This document shows, in pieces, positions 37,504-38,400 of a DNA stretch of 38,400 nucleotides. The notes beneath the pieces were generated by a model. The model had not been told where the DNA came from, made no database searches, and saw nothing but the letters and a program-made list of their open reading frames with translations. The first letter of the stretch is position 1, and every line of letters starts with the position of its first letter. The DNA comes from Octopus bimaculoides (taxonomy: Eukaryota), in the NCBI RefSeq assembly GCF_001194135.2, contig NC_068984.1, positions 143,202,674 through 143,241,073 on the forward strand, in the 5' to 3' direction. A program made the position numbers and the translations under genes.

Positions 37504-37844
37504 CCGACCTTGAAATTAACACTTGCAACACAAAGTACGACAATATGATATAAATATATGTAGGGTAGAGGGTGATGTGCTAGCAATCGTCTCCCCTTAC
37601 TGTTTTACAAAATAAACAACAACACAAATAAGTACGCAGAGGCAGCCATGGTTGAAACAAGAACAAGAACAACAAGCATTCTTAAAAGAGAAGTGACCTT
37701 ATCTTATCGTCCATCACTTATAAATTAGTTTGGTAGTTGAGCTCTGATTGACTGTATGCAAATGAGTTCATAACTGGGGTCCGGAACTCTCGTGGGAAAA
37801 ATTCCAACCATGACCATTGCCTCTTTTTCATTTTGCTTTCCTAG

Positions 37845-37868
37845 GAGTATCTAATTCCTACAGCCAAT
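37845..37868 (+). other. Candidate 24-nt frame-preserving micro-exon
   Basis: ctctttttcattttgctttcctag|gagtatctaattcctacagccaat|gtaagt. Reads EYLIPTAN in phase 0. No homology evidence. Confidence 0.3.
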
Positions 37869-37969
37869 GTAAGTGATTTCCGTAAATTTAGCAGTCATTA
37901 TCCACACGCCATTCCTGCGCTATTCCGGTACAGTTTATATCACGTCAAAAACCTTTGAATTATAATGCA

Positions 37970-38372
37970 TCATATTTTTTACTTGTTTCAGTTATTTGAC
38001 TGCGGCCGTGCTGGAGCACCGCTTTTAGTCGAAGAAATCGACCCCAGGACTTACAGTTTGTAAGCCTAGTACTTATTCTATCGCTCTATTTTGCCGAACC
38101 GCTTAGTTACGGGGGCGTGAACACAGCAACATCGGTTGTCAAGCGATGCTGGGGTTTGGGGACAAACAAGGTGTTATAAATTTATGCATACATACATATC
38201 TATTTATACGACAGGCTTCTTTTAGTTTCCGTCTACCAAATCCACTCGCAAGGCTTTGATTGGCCCGAGGCGATAGTAGAAGACACTCGTCCAAGGTGCT
38301 ACGCAGTGGGACTGGACAAGGACCCATGTTGTTGGTAAGCAAGCTTCTTACCACACAGCCACTCCTGCGCCT
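37970..38372 (-). mobile_element. SINE family B, full-length copy
   Basis: Complete from gcgcaggagtggctgtgtggtaagaagc to gcagtcaaataactgaaacaagtaaaa on the - strand. Confidence 0.9.
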
Positions 38373-38400
38373 ACATGTGTATATATATATATATATATAT

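Overview
This is non-coding, repeat-rich eukaryotic DNA. It is AT-rich, dense in (AT)n/(AC)n/(AG)n/(TAA)n/(GATA)n microsatellites and broken by 13 N-gaps. Composition and SINE families look like an octopus/coleoid cephalopod short-read assembly (inference, not a database result). No complete protein-coding gene is supported, and almost all ORF-track entries are microsatellite or N artefacts. Recognisable content: many copies of three tRNA-type SINE families (called A, B and C here), two 3' fragments of a CR1-group LINE, a 5'-truncated Dong/R4 LINE sitting in a (TAA)n microsatellite, a decayed Penelope-like element (RT thumb plus GIY-YIG), and a Helentron-type non-autonomous element. The most interesting signals are structural RNAs. 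One is a complete type I hammerhead ribozyme core at 12926-13025, with five further hammerhead-like motifs (one circularly permuted, one minimal variant, three decayed). Another is an isolated ~97-nt strand-asymmetric hairpin at 35011-35107. Several micro-exon candidates with strong splice signals suggest the window could be intronic.
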